Below, piece after piece: positions 1-13,601 of a DNA stretch of 64,000 nt; position 1 is the stretch's first letter; each line of letters starts with the position of its first letter. Origin of the DNA: Podarcis melisellensis. Taxonomy: Eukaryota. Below the pieces are notes generated by a model. That model worked only from the letters and a program-made list of their open reading frames with translations. It searched no databases and was not told where the DNA came from. A program made the translations under genes and the position numbers. The stretch lies in the NCBI GenBank assembly GCA_964234715.1, contig OZ174280.1; one strand, given 5' to 3'.

Positions 1-100
1 GGGAGGCCTCATTAGGAAAAGCGCGCCTCAGTTTAAGAACAGTTTCGGTTTAAGAATGGACTTCCGGAACGGATTAAGTTCGTAAACCGAGGTACCACTG
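1..100. mobile_element. End of a Tc1/mariner(pogo/Tigger)-type MITE
   Basis: Ends ...AAACCGAGGTACCACTG followed by TA, the same TIR core as the complete element at 41919-42182. Confidence 0.7.
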
Positions 101-1385
101 TACTTGGAGCTACACTGGATACAACTCAAAAGTAGCACACAATTAACAAAATGACCACGAGCACATTTAAACTAATGAAACTTACAAGTATTTTGTTTTT
201 ACTTACTCCCAAGTCTAATTTGTGTTGTGTAGATGGAAACTAAGCTTCATTAAAAGTTTCTGTGGATGTTTCCCTCCAAACTTACATAATGATGATACAG
301 TAGATATTTTCAAAATCAGCCTGAACATAAACCACCATAAGCTCCCTGTCTAGCAAAGAATTGTCTGTTCCCAACTTGGGCTCTTTTACAATGGTAGCAG
401 TCACGGACTGTTCTGGAAAGGAGTTACATCATTAGGCAGGGTGTTATTGGTGCTGTGGGGTTTCGAGCGCGTTTCACGCCGGCTGCATAAACAAGTAAAC
501 TTCCTCTGAGGTTAATTATGTTGCAGAACACTGGCTGAAGGTTTGCATGTCACCTTAGAGACAGGACCCCGAAGAGGAGAAGGAACAAGCAATGTACAGC
601 TTGCCTGCCTGGAAGAGAGCTAGTTTGTGTCCTCAGTGCGCACAACACCCCCACCCAAGTTGCAGCTGCAAAGTCCTCTCTGCCCATAAGCAACGCAGAG
701 AGATGGAATTCTGCATTCACCACTTGAAACAAAGACCCTGTTCATTCATGGTCATCGCACACACAAAAAGCCCTCTTTCCCCCCCTTGTTACTAGGTGCT
801 AAGCCATGTTGTGAGGCTGCTGCTGTCACCTCCACCACCACCATGCTCAGAGGGAGCTCTCTTATTACTCAGAGCAAAATGGAGGCGAAAGAGCAGCTGC
901 CACATAGGAGGCAGAACTAAGCAGGCGGATCCCTGGCTAACTCCTTGAAGTGTCTTTTGCATGGTCTAAACCAGAGGTGGAAAACGGGTGCCCTTGAAGC
1001 AATTTCCTTTGACCCTGGAGGATTTACCAAGGATGCTCCTGCCCCAGCCATCGCATCGTGAAGGGGTGAGGACATGTTGACAAGCAGGTGGGACGAAGTT
1101 CCAATGCCAGCCATCATCATCATTTTATTTGTATGCCGCCTTTCCACAGTTTAAAGAGTGCTCAAGGCGGCTTACAATAGGAAACAATTTACATAATAAC
1201 AAACATAGCAAGGTAGTAATAAAACGCATAAAAAACCCTACATAACCAAACTGAACAATTTCCACATAAAAATAAAGATACAAAAAAATCAGTATCAGTA
1301 ACAGCAGCAAAAACTCCCAACAAAATTTCCCCCCAAATACCCCAGTCCTCCTGGGCAGCAGCAGCAGCAGCAATCCTTAAGAGCC

Positions 1386-1927
1386 TGTCAGGCCGCGCCT
1401 TAGGCCAGGTGGAGAGAGACAGAGCAGGGCCCTCAGGCTCTCGGCAGGTCAGCCAGATGGCTACAGGTGTTCAAATCCAATTGGAGGAGGCCGTCAAAAA
1501 GTTACCAAGCAGCTTGGTGCATGCACAGACACCCTATCCCTTGGCACATGGCAGGATGAGCTGGTCATTCAGGACCATGTAGGAATTCCACCCTCCAATC
1601 AGCATTGACCTTGGAGTGTTGTTGTTGTTTTTATCTTGCCTATCCTGTACTGTCCAATGAGTGGTACCTTATGAGATGGTGGGTGGCCACAAATGGGTTC
1701 CTTTGGTTCCAAGAGAAAGTAGTCACCCCTGAAAATGAAGGAGTGGGGTTCCCTCAGAGCACTCTGCCATGGGTATCAAGCTTCAGGGGGCAGGAACTCT
1801 CTTGGGGACGTGCCTAGCTCACCCCCCTAGAGCTGGCTAGTTCAAGAGCATGTATGAGTCAGGCAAAGGATCCGTCAATGCACTATGAGTGGTGTAGGGA
1901 TGGTGATGCAGAGGCAGTACCCTGACA
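1386..1927. mobile_element. LTR-like interspersed element (TGTCAGG...CCTGACA termini)
   Basis: 7-bp inverted termini with TG...CA; internal 1606-1840 is similar to 2850-3130. No clean TSD seen. Confidence 0.45.
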
Positions 1928-3562
1928 GCTTCTGGTTCAGAGCCAGGATAGAGCTTAGTCGGAACAGGTCGTCCCTTAATGGAAATCCCAACACTGTAAA
2001 TTAGCTAGCAAAGTTGTTGCTCCCTGCAGATCCTGTTCAACAGTTGATAAAGTTGTAGACCTTGCTACCTCCCAAAGGTTGCCTCTTGCTTCTTCATTCA
2101 CTTCTGTGCCCACAAATGTCTGAGCCTGGAGCTTTTCTACAAAGCCGGCTGCTTTCTTTATCTCAATAAGCTATGATGCCTTGAGGCAGGATGCCAGACC
2201 CTGGCCACTCCACAGCGCCCTAATTGCTGGGCAATTTGCCCTCGCTTCAGTGGTTTTTAGTGCTTCACTTTTGTGTGACTCACTCGGCTGAACTGTCATC
2301 TTTGAGCAAAGCTTCCCTTTTAAGGCATGTTAAGGGAAAGCACCTCTAACCTTACTCACTGAATAGACTCCCTTGCGGAAGAGAATGTGTTGCCTGCCCT
2401 TTGAAGGGCTTTCCTGGACAAGGGTGAAAAATGAAAAAAACTTCTCACATTTCTCTTTAAGAGGGCTTGGCCTTTGCCTTGCAAAGATCTAGCAGAGCCT
2501 GGTACATCCCCACCCCATGCTGACCAGCTGGAAAATATGAATGAGAGAGATTTAAAAGCCCTCATTGACATACGTATGCACTCAACATTACTCAAGCAAG
2601 ATAAGGTCATCTCGGTTCACGGCTGGTTTTATAATTCATAGTGTATTAGGCCATGGATGGCCAACTCCAGCATTTTCCCTCTAGACAACGTCCCAAGGGC
2701 TAGGCCAGGACTGGGGAATTTTTTTTTAGCATGGGGGCCATGTTTCCTTCTGGGCAGGCATCTGAGGGCCACATGCCTGTGTTGGGCAGGGGCTAGAAGT
2801 GAAAGTGGTCAGAGCATCAGTGTCAGTTTTACTTTTGTACATTCAGCACTGACCTTGGCATGGTTTTGTCCTCCTGCCTATTCTGTACTGAGCAGGCAGA
2901 GAGTGGTACCTTATGGGATGGTGGCCACCAATGGATTCGTTTTGGTCACTACAAGAAGGGACATTGTGGGCAAAAGAGAGAGCAGGCAAGATGATCAAAC
3001 ACCCTGGGAATCAAGTATCAAACTTGAGAAGAGAGGGACAGGAGCACTCTTGGGTACATGCACTATTCACCTACCCAGAGGTAGCTGACTCAGGGGTTGG
3101 TGTAACTCAGGCATGGCATCCCTCAGCAGGGGCTAGTTTCTGCACAACCTCAAACCCTCTTTGCATTCTCCATTCAGCTAAGCAAGAAGCATATCAGAGT
3201 TCAAGGATACATTCCAATCAAACAAAAAGATTCGGAGGGTGAAGCAGTGGGGTTTGCAGCTTGGGGAGCAAGGGGGTGACTTGAGGAAAGTCCTAAGGCC
3301 CAGACAGAGAGGCTTGGAGGGCCACATTTAACCCCATGAATGAAGTACTCATGAATCAACCATTAGAATTAGCCTCCCTCTTTCAAAATTATTATTATTA
3401 TTTCATTTATTTCACACACTTCACCAGCAGGTTCCAAGGTGGGTTACTACAATTTAGAATTGAACAAATTACAGTTAAAACTTACAGTCACAGAAACAGG
3501 GCCCAATACAAGTACAATGCATGTAATAAGTGGGTTTATTGAGTTTGTGGTGGTCACAATGG

Positions 3563-4100
3563 TTTTGTTGTTGTTGTTTAGTTGTGTCCGCCTCTTCGTG
3601 ACCCCGTGGACCAGAGCATGCCGGGCACTCCTGTCTTCCACTGCCTCCCGCAGTTTGGTCAAACTCATGTTAGTAGCTTTGAGAACACTGTCCAACCATC
3701 TTGTCCTCTGTCGTCCCCTTCTCCTTGTGCCCTCAATCTTTCCCAACATCAGGGTCTTTTCCAGCGAGTCTTCTCTTCTCACGAGGTGGCCAAAGTCTTG
3801 GAGCCTTAGCTTCAGGATCTGTCCTTCCAGTGAGCACTCAGGGCTGATTTCCTTTAGAATGGATAGGTCTGATCTTCTCACAGTCCATGGGACTCTCAAG
3901 AGTCTCCTCCAGCACCATAATTCAAAAGCATCAATTCTTCAGCGATCAACCTTCTTTATGGTCCAGCTCTCACTTCCATACACTACTGGGAAAACCATAG
4001 CTTTAACTATACGGACCTTTGTCGGCAAGGCTGGTGTCTCTGCTTTTTAAGATGCTGTCTAGGTTTGTCATTGCTTTCCTCCCAAGAAGCAGGTGTCTTT
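3563..4100 (-). mobile_element. RTE-BovB LINE 3' fragment
   Basis: Minus ORF 3447-3899 encodes the BovB C-terminus (ILKEISPECSLEGQILKLRLQDFGHLVRREDSLEKTLMLGKIEGTRRRGRQRTRWLDSV) ending in a (CAA)n tail. Confidence 0.88.
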
Positions 4101-5292
4101 TAGGGTGTTGTTTTATGAAACCATCGCTCTGGCACTTATACTACCGAAGAAGGGAGCACATCCTTCCTCCCTGGCATTTACCTGGATGGGGATAGGGCAG
4201 GGTAATAGGACAATGAGCCTGGGGGCCAGGCCTGTGTGGGTGCACCAGTGGTGGCAATCCAGTGCTCACACTGGTGTGTCTGCACAATCATGACCTCACT
4301 GCCACCCTGCCCCATCCCCATCCAGGCAACCTGCAGTGATGCCAATGACTGCCCCACCACAGGTGCACTTCTGAAAATATGTTGCACATTTGCACAGGGT
4401 GGCACTACGTCTAATACTGACATAGAAGTGGTATTAGGAGAGAAAAGGCATCCAATATCTGTGGAGAGGGAGAAAAGAGGTGACTAGCCCAAATCATGTG
4501 AATGTGATGATCCTGCAGAAATCACATTCCTGGAACGGTTTGGAAACTGCAGTGTTCTCAGAAAAGCATCTTTCTTGGTGCTAGAGAGTATATCTTGAAG
4601 GTTCAGGTTCAAGCAACTTCTTTGCTTGGGGAAACTTTTGTCTAAAATTTCAAAAAGCAGCTGAAATTTCAAAAAACAGGGTACATAGTATACATCAGGT
4701 CCCAGGTATATACTGTACATGCTTCTGGAGAAACAGAAAACATGGTGTGCTTTATTTCTAAAACAACCTTTTGGGGTTTTTAACTAAAGAAACATAAAAC
4801 ATTTTTGTATCAAAAGCTTCAAATAGTGCCTTAATGGGCAACATCAAGTGAAGCCTAATGGATACTCCTGCTGCCCTCTGGTGGAACATCTTTGGCTTTG
4901 CATCTCAGCACTCGGAAGGTTTTGTCTGTGCAGCCATACACTTCTCAGAGGGTGAATATCAGTTGTGGAGCTACAACCTTTACCTGACCTGATCCAGGGA
5001 CATAGCATGAATCCACCCAATGGCTTCATACTGAGCCATATTTTGCAGGGAGGGTGGCAGAGAAGAGCATTATTACACTTCTGGAATTGAAAGTGAACAA
5101 TGCTGGCAAACAATAGCACCTGTTCCTAGGTGATCTGAATGGCATGGTGGTGAGTGGCAGAACACACTGTCATCTTCCAAGTTCCTCCCTGTCCTACCTC
5201 ATTTGTTGGAGATAACAGCTGATGCTTCTCTTGACTATGGGCATAGAGTTCCAGTTGCTCATCTACAGGAAAAGTTCTATCCTAAATAGAGG

Positions 5293-5460
5293 CAGTGGTG
5301 TAGCGTGGGGGTGCAGCGGGGGCCGGCCGCACCGGGCGCAACATCTTGGGGTTAGGTTTAGGGGGCGCAAATCCATGGGTTAGAGGGCGCAAATCCACGG
5401 GTTAGGGGGCGCAAATTACTTGCCTTGCCCCGGGTGCTGACAATCCACGCTACGCCACTG
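5293..5460. mobile_element. hAT-type MITE
   Basis: TIRs CAGTGGTGTAGCGTGG / CCACGCTACGCCACTG; 8-bp TSD AATAGAGG (5285-5292, 5461-5468); internal tandem GGTTAGGGGGCGCAAAT-like repeats. Confidence 0.85.
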
Positions 5461-6934
5461 AATAGAGGTATTTCTCAAACCTCCATAGACTTCTCAGAAC
5501 TTAGATTGCAACTCTCAGCAGTCCTAGCCAATGAAGTGTACTGCTGGGGCTGCTTCGAGAGCACCAGGTTGAAGAATGCTGACTTTTAAGGAAATTGGAC
5601 TGTTTCAAGGCCTTCTTTGCAAAAGGACCATAGCAACTCTCCCTATCTGTGACACCTGGAGAAGCTTCATTGATACCTTGTATGGAATCCTTAAACTAGC
5701 AAACCCAAACTTCCCTGTAGATGCCCTTCTTCCCTGTAAGATGCCCTTTCAGAGTCCATATTCAAGGCAAGATTCTGGAATTCCACAGCAAAGCTCCTCA
5801 ATTCTTTAATAAGAAGAATAATGCAAATAAGCTAATGTGTATACAGTGGGTTAATTTGCATTACTGTTATGAAGCAGCCACCATATAGAATGAGGCTCAA
5901 GTGCACACAGATATGTTATGATTGTGATGCAGGAAATGATAGAGGAAGAAAACGCAACAGATGCTAGGAAGAACTTTATTGTTAAGAGCTGTTGCCTTCA
6001 TGTTCTGTTTGTCTTTCTGTTCTGAACACCTTTATCTTGTACCCCACCCAGATATCTGTATTGACAAAGGGCGAGTTATAAATATTCATAATAAAATAAT
6101 TAACTGTCCTGATTGTATGTTTCCCATAAGCATTTGGCTGCCACTGTGGGAACAAAATGCTAGACAGGATGGACCTATACACCCAGTTCAAACACAACAA
6201 AAAATATTTGTTTATTATCACATGTCAGAGCATTGGGCTCATGTGCAACTGCTGCTTCTCTCTTCTCCAGCATAGCTCCAAAGAGGTGATTGAAATTTCC
6301 AGTTCCACTTTTTATTAACCACGGTTTAATGTTGCATCCAATTCCTAAACTGTGGCTAATTTTAACTATTTTTTTAAATAAAAAACAACAACAAACAACA
6401 AACAAAAAAAACAATCCGGCTTCATAAGCTAAGGTTTGGAGTTAACTTGTTTCAATGATTAAAGTTGAGACTAATCACAATGTGTCAGGGTTTCAGACTG
6501 CAGTTAGTCTAAAGCAGAAGTGAAACTTCTGAGCTCATCCTTAGGCCAAGGAGTGGGCCTATCTATTGTATTTTAAGAGAACCTGCCTTTCATCACAGAG
6601 CCCCAGAACAGGTGATAATCATATAATCATGCAGTATTGAAATCCAATTAAACAATTTAAATCAAACTAATAGAGGTCTTACAATTATCAAAGGCTAGGA
6701 TAAAGAAGTGTGTCTTCAGCAAACAACAGAAACCATATAATGAAGATGCTTGATGCAGCTCTAGTAACCCAGGACATCATTGGCCTACTTGGTGCCAAAA
6801 ATTGATTGCATGGAACAGTCCCATTTGGGGAGGGAGGGGAGGCAGACAAGAACCATCCCTAGTGCATAGGTAGGAAATGACATGGGGGAGATGTTCCTTG
6901 TATTCTTTCTCTGATGATTCTGTCTTCCCCGTAG

Positions 6935-9900
6935 GACTCTATGTGCTAATAGGAGCAGGCGTGCTGATGATGACTGTGGGGTTTTTTGGGTGCTGTGGAG
7001 CTGCGCGAGAATCTCAGTGCCTGCTTGGAGCAGTAAGTAATGAACTTATGCACAACTTGGGTGTGAAATTAGGGCTTTTCAGACACAATATGTTGTTACC
7101 CCTTTCACCTTGTGGCAGAACCAAAACACCTAGTAAGCGTAAGGTCCTTTCTTCTCCACTTCCCTTCACACTCCAGCTTTGACACTTCCATCGTAGATTT
7201 CTTAAAACCCGAGTTCCGTGTTACATCTGAAAAGGGAGGATCTATAATAATGTCAGTTTGCTAGCTAGAATCTTAAACCAAGATCAAACTATGATTTAAG
7301 ATCCTCCATAATTGTCAGATGGCAGTGTTGGTTGCTCATGAGTAACCTGTCAGGACTTCGACCTGTCTTTTACAGGTTTTATTTTGGTGCAAAACTATTT
7401 ACAGTGCAGAACCACAAGTTCATGTCTGCCTCAATTGCTAGCAGAATCCGGGAGTGGTCATTTTCAAGTCCTCCCCCAACATAAGAGCTTAGTCACCCCC
7501 AGCCATTTCCTTCCTTCTTTGTGTTTTACACCTCTGCGCAAGGTGGGCGATGGAAGAGGCGTGCTTCCCTCCTGGCCGGCTTGGCCAGGAGTGGTGCTGA
7601 GGCTCCCAGCAGCATCCTCTAGCCCTTTCCCCTCCTTTACCCGGGAGGTGTGGCTTTTCACACCCTCAGACTGACGAAGGGCGGCGCTGGGGCTCCCTAC
7701 AGCATCCTCTGGTAGCTTCCCCTCTTCCCCACTGGAGGTGTGGCTTTCCCCACCACAGGAAGGGGAACTGCTTCTCCAGATTTTCAGAGGTTCCCTGTAT
7801 CCCAAACTGCCTCTCTGCCTCCCTTCCCTGTACCGATGGCAGCCCCCTGACAATAATAAACCAACATTAAACAGGATTTCCCTGTTTTGGACATACATGG
7901 GTTGCTATCTTATACTGAGTCAGACCATTGGTCCTTAATGCACAGTATTTTCTACACTAACAATGGCTGTCCTTCCCAGCCCTCCCTGGAGATGATGGGA
8001 ACTGAACGCACGCAAAGCAGATGTCACAGCCCTTCCCCTTTACCCTGTGGCCTGCATAATATATTTACTGCAGATCGTCAGGGGAAGGTTGTAAAACCTA
8101 AGCCTGTAATCCTGTCTCCATCCTTTTGCAGTTCTTTACCTGTTTGCTGGTGATTTTTGCTGCTGAAGTCACTGCAGGAGTTTTTGCTTTTCTTGGCAAG
8201 AAAGCGGTGAGTTCAATGTTTGCTGTGCACCACCCCATCCCCAGAGTCTCATGCTAACGAGTAGTTTATAAATGCATAAAACAAACAAAAGGTAAATGTG
8301 TCTTTGATGATAAACAGAGGAGGTTAGAACCAGATGAACATGTTATGATATAAGGAGCTGTCATGGGTGTAGAAGTCCCACTGATTCCAGCGCATTTGAA
8401 GGTTTACACCTAAAAACGTTAAAGTGTGAATTAAACAAACACATGCAGACTTTTCAGGGAGCCACTCAGTGGCAAATTCAAGTTTGCTGCTGGTGGAAAC
8501 ATTTCTTTCTTGCATAATGCATACTAAGTAGTTTATTACCCTAAATATAAAACTACAGTGCCCTGGCAGATTTCACCTATTGGCTTCACTTAACACGTTT
8601 GGTTGTGAATGTGGTGGTCTTCCATATGAGATAGCTCAGTTGGTAGAGCATGAGACTCTTAATCTCAGAGTTGTGGGTTTGAGCCTCACATTGGACAAAA
8701 GATTCCTGCATTGCAGAGGGTTGGACAAGATGACCCTTGTGGTCCCTTCCAACTTTACAGTTCTATGGTTCTAGGAAATCTGCCAACCCAAAAGGTGGTC
8801 AAACTGCTGCCTAGCCTTTCTCCTTTGGTACCTTCTTAGCCAAGTCCAGCCCCCAGGTCATGCTGTGCCTCTGGGTTTTCCTTTCTTTAAAGCTATGCAG
8901 TAAAGTCAGATTTCTTCCCTTCTGCTTGTCTTTTTTTCACTCGTCTCTCCTTCCTGCCAAGTAGTAGAGGGACCAAGAGCCTAGAGGGAAGCCAAGAAAC
9001 TGCAGAATAGTCCCTCCAATTGTCACCATCATGATCTCATTGAGGTTGTCTGTCTGGTTTACTGCAGGCTGTTGAAGAGGTCCAGCACATCTATGAGGAA
9101 GCTTACGAAGAGTTTGTGAATAACGTGGGGACAAGCAACAAAACCCTTATCCAGTACCATGAAGCAGTGAGTAACTTCTGAATTCATATCTTTTGCTTAT
9201 CAAGGCTGCCTTTATGAAGTTTCAAAAGAAGGCTTTAAGTCAGGCATACAGGAATGGAGGTTAAGGCTTGCTTCATCTTCACTGCTCTGACCTGGTGGGT
9301 GCTCCTTACTTAAAGTACCTGAATTTCCCATTCCACAGGAAGTGGGCAAGATTCCCTATGGCATATGGCTTAAATACCTTTAACAATAAAGACCTTCGGT
9401 CTATTTATTTACATTTATTTATTACGCTGTTATCCTGCCCTTTTTTCCAACTAGTTCAGGGTGGGGTGCGTAATTTCCTTTTTTAAAAAATCCTCACAAT
9501 AACCCTCTGAGTTAGGTTAGGATCTGCCATAAGCCAGTGCTGAAAGCTAGATAAAAATGGCCTAATCAAGCAGATATTTCTATTTGCATACAGATTGGAA
9601 TAGTATGTGAACCCTGACTTCAATAAGTCCTTTAGTTTGCATGGTTGTGCTTGAATTCATTTGGCTTAATTGACTTTGCTGAAAATTGAGCTTAATGAAA
9701 TACATTCAAATTGTCAGGTTCAGCAGATTTTCAGCACTTCTCCCCCCCCCCTATCGGCCCCCCGGCAATACTGTTTAAAAAAAATTTTTAACAAGAATAT
9801 GCTAAGCATATCTGCTTAGAAGTCCAATTAATTTCCTAGTTAAGGAGCCTGTTGGAGTCACTACCTTTGGCCTAACCTCTGTTACTGCTGTACCAACTAA

Positions 9901-12900
9901 GGATGTTGTTAGGAACTAATATTGCCTGCATTTTGAGTGCTACAGTAGCCAGTGAGGAAACATCGCAGGGAGATATGGACACATCAGGCCAGTTTCAAAT
10001 CTCTTTAAACTATCATCATGTCCAGCCTACAGCTGTGCTCGGATGAAGGTTTCCCCACTGTTGGTTGCACTAAACCAAGAGTTCAGGGGGTTGTACTCCA
10101 TCAAAGAGATGCACAATGAACAGGGGGAAAACAGTAGTAGAAGGGTAGACTGTGGGCAATATTATTGGTGCAAGTATATTTTGGAGCGTATGAAACTTCA
10201 GCCTGGAACAAGAGTTTAATGTGAATTTACAGGTTGATGAAAGAACACTGTTATGGACTGACTCATAAATATAATAAAGAAATTTATTATTTACGAGGGG
10301 GGTTTCTTTATTTAAAAAATCTGTCTGGTGTTTGGTGGTTTTCTTTTAACATGTTATCTCTGTCTTTCCAGCTTCAGTGCTGTGGGAGAGGAGGAAATGA
10401 TGCTGCAGTGAAGCCCACCTGTCCAAAAGACATTGAACAGCCCAGAGTAAGTGGCTCTGATGGACATGTTGCAAAAAATAGCCCTGGGATGTGATAAGAC
10501 GTGTAAGTCAGCAAAGCTGGTGGGAAGCCAGATGAAATGCTCTGGACGAGGGCTATTTGGCACTGGTCTTTTTTCTTTCCATTAGTCATTTGAGATGCTA
10601 CTGAGGAGTATGCCAGCAGGACTGACTTTCCAGCAGCTGTCAACCCTGCTAACTCTGGGCACCTTTATAGATCTGAACAATACCACTGCAAAGCACAAGC
10701 AATACTTAATGAAGGGAGAGCAAATCATTGGCAGCCTGCTTGCTTCCCTTATCCTTGATATTTGCTTGCTGATTCACATGTATTCCTGCTCATGTCACAC
10801 CGAGAAACAAGGCCAAATTAGGCAACACATGAAATACATTTATCTGTATTTATCTGCGCTTCTTCCCAGGGCAAATGGCAGCTTTATGGGAGAGGGGACT
10901 TTCCCTAGGACCATGGCATTGCAAGAAAGGGTAAGCCCATGCAGTGCAGTCCTTAAAGGTCTCTTGACAAACAAGAGGCCTAGCAGAATCTGATGGAACC
11001 TGGCTGAATTAAATAAAGGTGCCCAAACTTTCATAGCAGGTTCTACCTAGGTAAGAGGTCTTAATTCTGTATTGGGTGAAATTAAGCAGCATACTTTATT
11101 CGTAGCATTTGCCGTTGTGGTGTAGATTCAGATTATGCAATTTGTGGCACACCAACACCCTTCCTCTGCACTGTTCCTCTCTCTGCTTCAATTCTTGATG
11201 CACAAATGCCACAAAACTTTGTGAGAAAACCAAACAGGAAACAACTAGGAGAAGCTGCAATAAGGAAATGAGAGAACAAAAGTACCTGGTATGCCCAAGA
11301 TTGCTTCTTGTATGCTTGTACCTGTCAGAAGGAAGCAGCAGCAAATTAATCCTTGTTTACAGGTTTCACCAAGCAAATTATAAGAAGAGCAACATCAAAA
11401 TCACAGCAAAACTTTATGGGTGCTATTCAATGCTATTTCTACTCAAAGTTGACCTATTGAAGTTGATGGACATTGCTAACTTAGGCTCATTACTTTCAGT
11501 GGGTCTACTCTGAGTAGGCCTTGATTGAATATGTGTACGATCTTAAATGAATAGTTTTAATAAATGTCATCAGGGCCCAGGGCTCGGGCATGCTAGAGTG
11601 GTGATGTGAGGTCCAGTTAGGCTTATAACAGGCACAAATATCAAACATTTAGGAGATTATGATGGTTCAAGCCAGTGCTTCTGTAGTGGTGTGCTGGGTT
11701 GCCTCAAAAACCAGAATCCCAACCACAGCAAAGGCAAGGAAGGCAAGATGGAGCAGAGAGACAAAGCTGGTGAGGTATGGGTGGGTGAGAACTGCTGCTG
11801 CTGTCAGGAAGCTCCTCAAGCCACTCTTCTCAAAGGTAGCTCAGAGGAAGCAAACATGGGAAGGCAATTCCTACATCAAACAGGACAGTCAGGGGCAGAA
11901 GTTGTGAAGAGGAAAGGGGTTTACTAAGGTAGATTTTCCCCATGGTTGCCACCAAGAATGTGTCAACTGGTCCTTAGTAGAAACCGGAAGGGCTCTTCAA
12001 GACTGCTTTGATGTTTAAAGCATTGTCAACACCTTCATGTCTCTAACAGAGTTGTCTGACTGAAATCGAGACTCTCATTGACACAAATCTTCGTTTAGTT
12101 GGCATTGTTGGGATTGGAATTGCTGGGATCACAGTGAGTAATTATCTGATGACAATACTGGTACTGCTGCTTCTGTTGTTGCTATCTATGTGTTTGTGAA
12201 TCCCCCAGGTCCTTCCAAGCCAGTGGAAATCAGGTTGCTGAGGAGTTCAGAGTATGAATGTAGATGTCCCATGTGTGGAACTTAGGGCTCATCCTCACTT
12301 CTGCTTGTCCTGTGCCTTGAAAGTATGGGTCCAAGCACTTTTGCCTTTGCGCTGCTTCTTTCTTCCAGAAAACACGCTCTTTGGAGTTAAATTGGAGCAA
12401 ATGGCAGTCCACGGAAAACATGACAGAGGCAGCCCTGATTATTCACATGTCTGCACCAACCCCTTCATACTCTTCTGCTTCAGACACCTTTCTCCCCTGG
12501 TCAGCTCTGATATTGGAAGTAACTCCTATTAAAATTAGATCCCCAAGCCACTTGTACACACCCCATTTTGCACATGAGTGGGGCAGACGTATGAACAACA
12601 AAATGGATGCCCTGTTCATGTCTAGTTGGGCCTGACTCAATGCATTCTGCTGAGAACATTGTTTTCCCTGCTCTGATGCTGGCTACTCAGCAAGTTGTAC
12701 CATGTAGCCTCTAGGTGTCAGCATTATATCAGTTTGAATGGATTTTATGTCTGTACTGTTGTTTTGAACTCTTTCTTTCTCTCTGTGTGTGTACATATTT
12801 GAAAATTGCTTCAGGATGCCTCATAGAAAGCAATTCATAAATGAAATAAGTGATAATAATTATACACAAGACTGACTGTTGTAGCCGATCCTCAGGGCCA

Positions 12901-13601
12901 GAATAAATGTGGCCTTAATTGCATAAAAGGAAGCAATGTGCGTGATTTTTTTTCAAATGTAAAAAGGCAATGCAGGGAGACCCTGAGTAGGACTGAGACA
13001 TGGCAGATGGAAAAGTGTGGTTTAACCCCTCCCCCTACACCACAATTTATATGAATAGTCCTCTTCCCCAAAGCTGCTGCCATGCCTCAGAGGGAAGCCA
13101 ACAGAGGTTTCCCTCACAGGACTAATAGCAGCTCAATGAATGGGATAATTTCATCAGGATTGTGATATAAATGACAATATTAAGACCCCACCTACCTAGC
13201 ATGATTTAACCCCCACCACTCAGCAGCTATTTGCATTCTTTAAACGTGCATCTTAAATGCTTTCATGCAACTAGCATCGTATTTTAGTTTGGCTCTAAGT
13301 CACCAAATGGACAGAAACACACATCAAATGAACAGAAATTTGGATATGTGAGGATTGCTCCAAACGATATCAGCCATGCCCTGCTTCACATTAAGGATTA
13401 TGCTTCTCTCTGATGACTCGACTCTCCACATCTGCCTGAGAGCAATCACTAACGTTCTCTGAGCTGCCAGACATAGTGACAAAAATCTCCCCGTGTTTCC
13501 TGGGCATCCTTTAAAATATGTTCCTTGTGTTCCAGATCTTTGGCATGGTCTTCAGCATGGTCCTCTGCTGCGCAATCCGGAACACAAGAGACATGCTCTA
13601 G
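6935..13601 (+). CDS. TSPAN2: Tetraspanin-2, 3' part (six coding exons; 5' exons not found in the window)
   Basis: Exons with AG/GT boundaries and consistent phase: 6935-7032 ([33 protein letters not shown]), 8132-8206 ([25 protein letters not shown]), 9068-9166 ([33 protein letters not shown]), 10372-10446 ([25 protein letters not shown], tetraspanin CCG motif), 12050-12133 ([28 protein letters not shown]), 13536-13601 ([21 protein letters not shown]). CD9/CD81/TSPAN2-type sequence; adjacency to TSHB and SYCP1 identifies TSPAN2. Confidence 0.95.
7348..7852. mobile_element. LTR-like element in a TSPAN2 intron
   Basis: TGTCAGG...CCTGACA termini, about 505 bp, with an internal imperfect duplication (about 7595-7745). 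No clear TSD. Confidence 0.4.
8628..8773 (+). mobile_element. tRNA-Lys-derived SINE with CR1-like 3' tail
   Basis: Head TAGCTCAGTTGGTAGAGCATGAGACTCTTAATCTCAG (A box, CTT anticodon loop), degenerate B box, and tail GGTCCCTTCCAACTTTACAGTTCTATGGTTCTA typical of CR1 3' ends. Confidence 0.8.

Noticed and set aside
3439-4050. 203-aa plus-strand ORF
   Set aside because: Antisense frame of the BovB fragment; no independent coding features.
1-6934. TSPAN2 exons 1-2
   Set aside because: I found no sequence encoding the expected N-terminal and TM1 region with valid splice sites; these exons probably lie upstream of the window.
8628-8700. tRNA-Lys(CTT) gene
   Set aside because: Acceptor stem and T-loop are degenerate (GGTTTGAG) and the sequence runs into a CR1-like tail; it is a SINE head.
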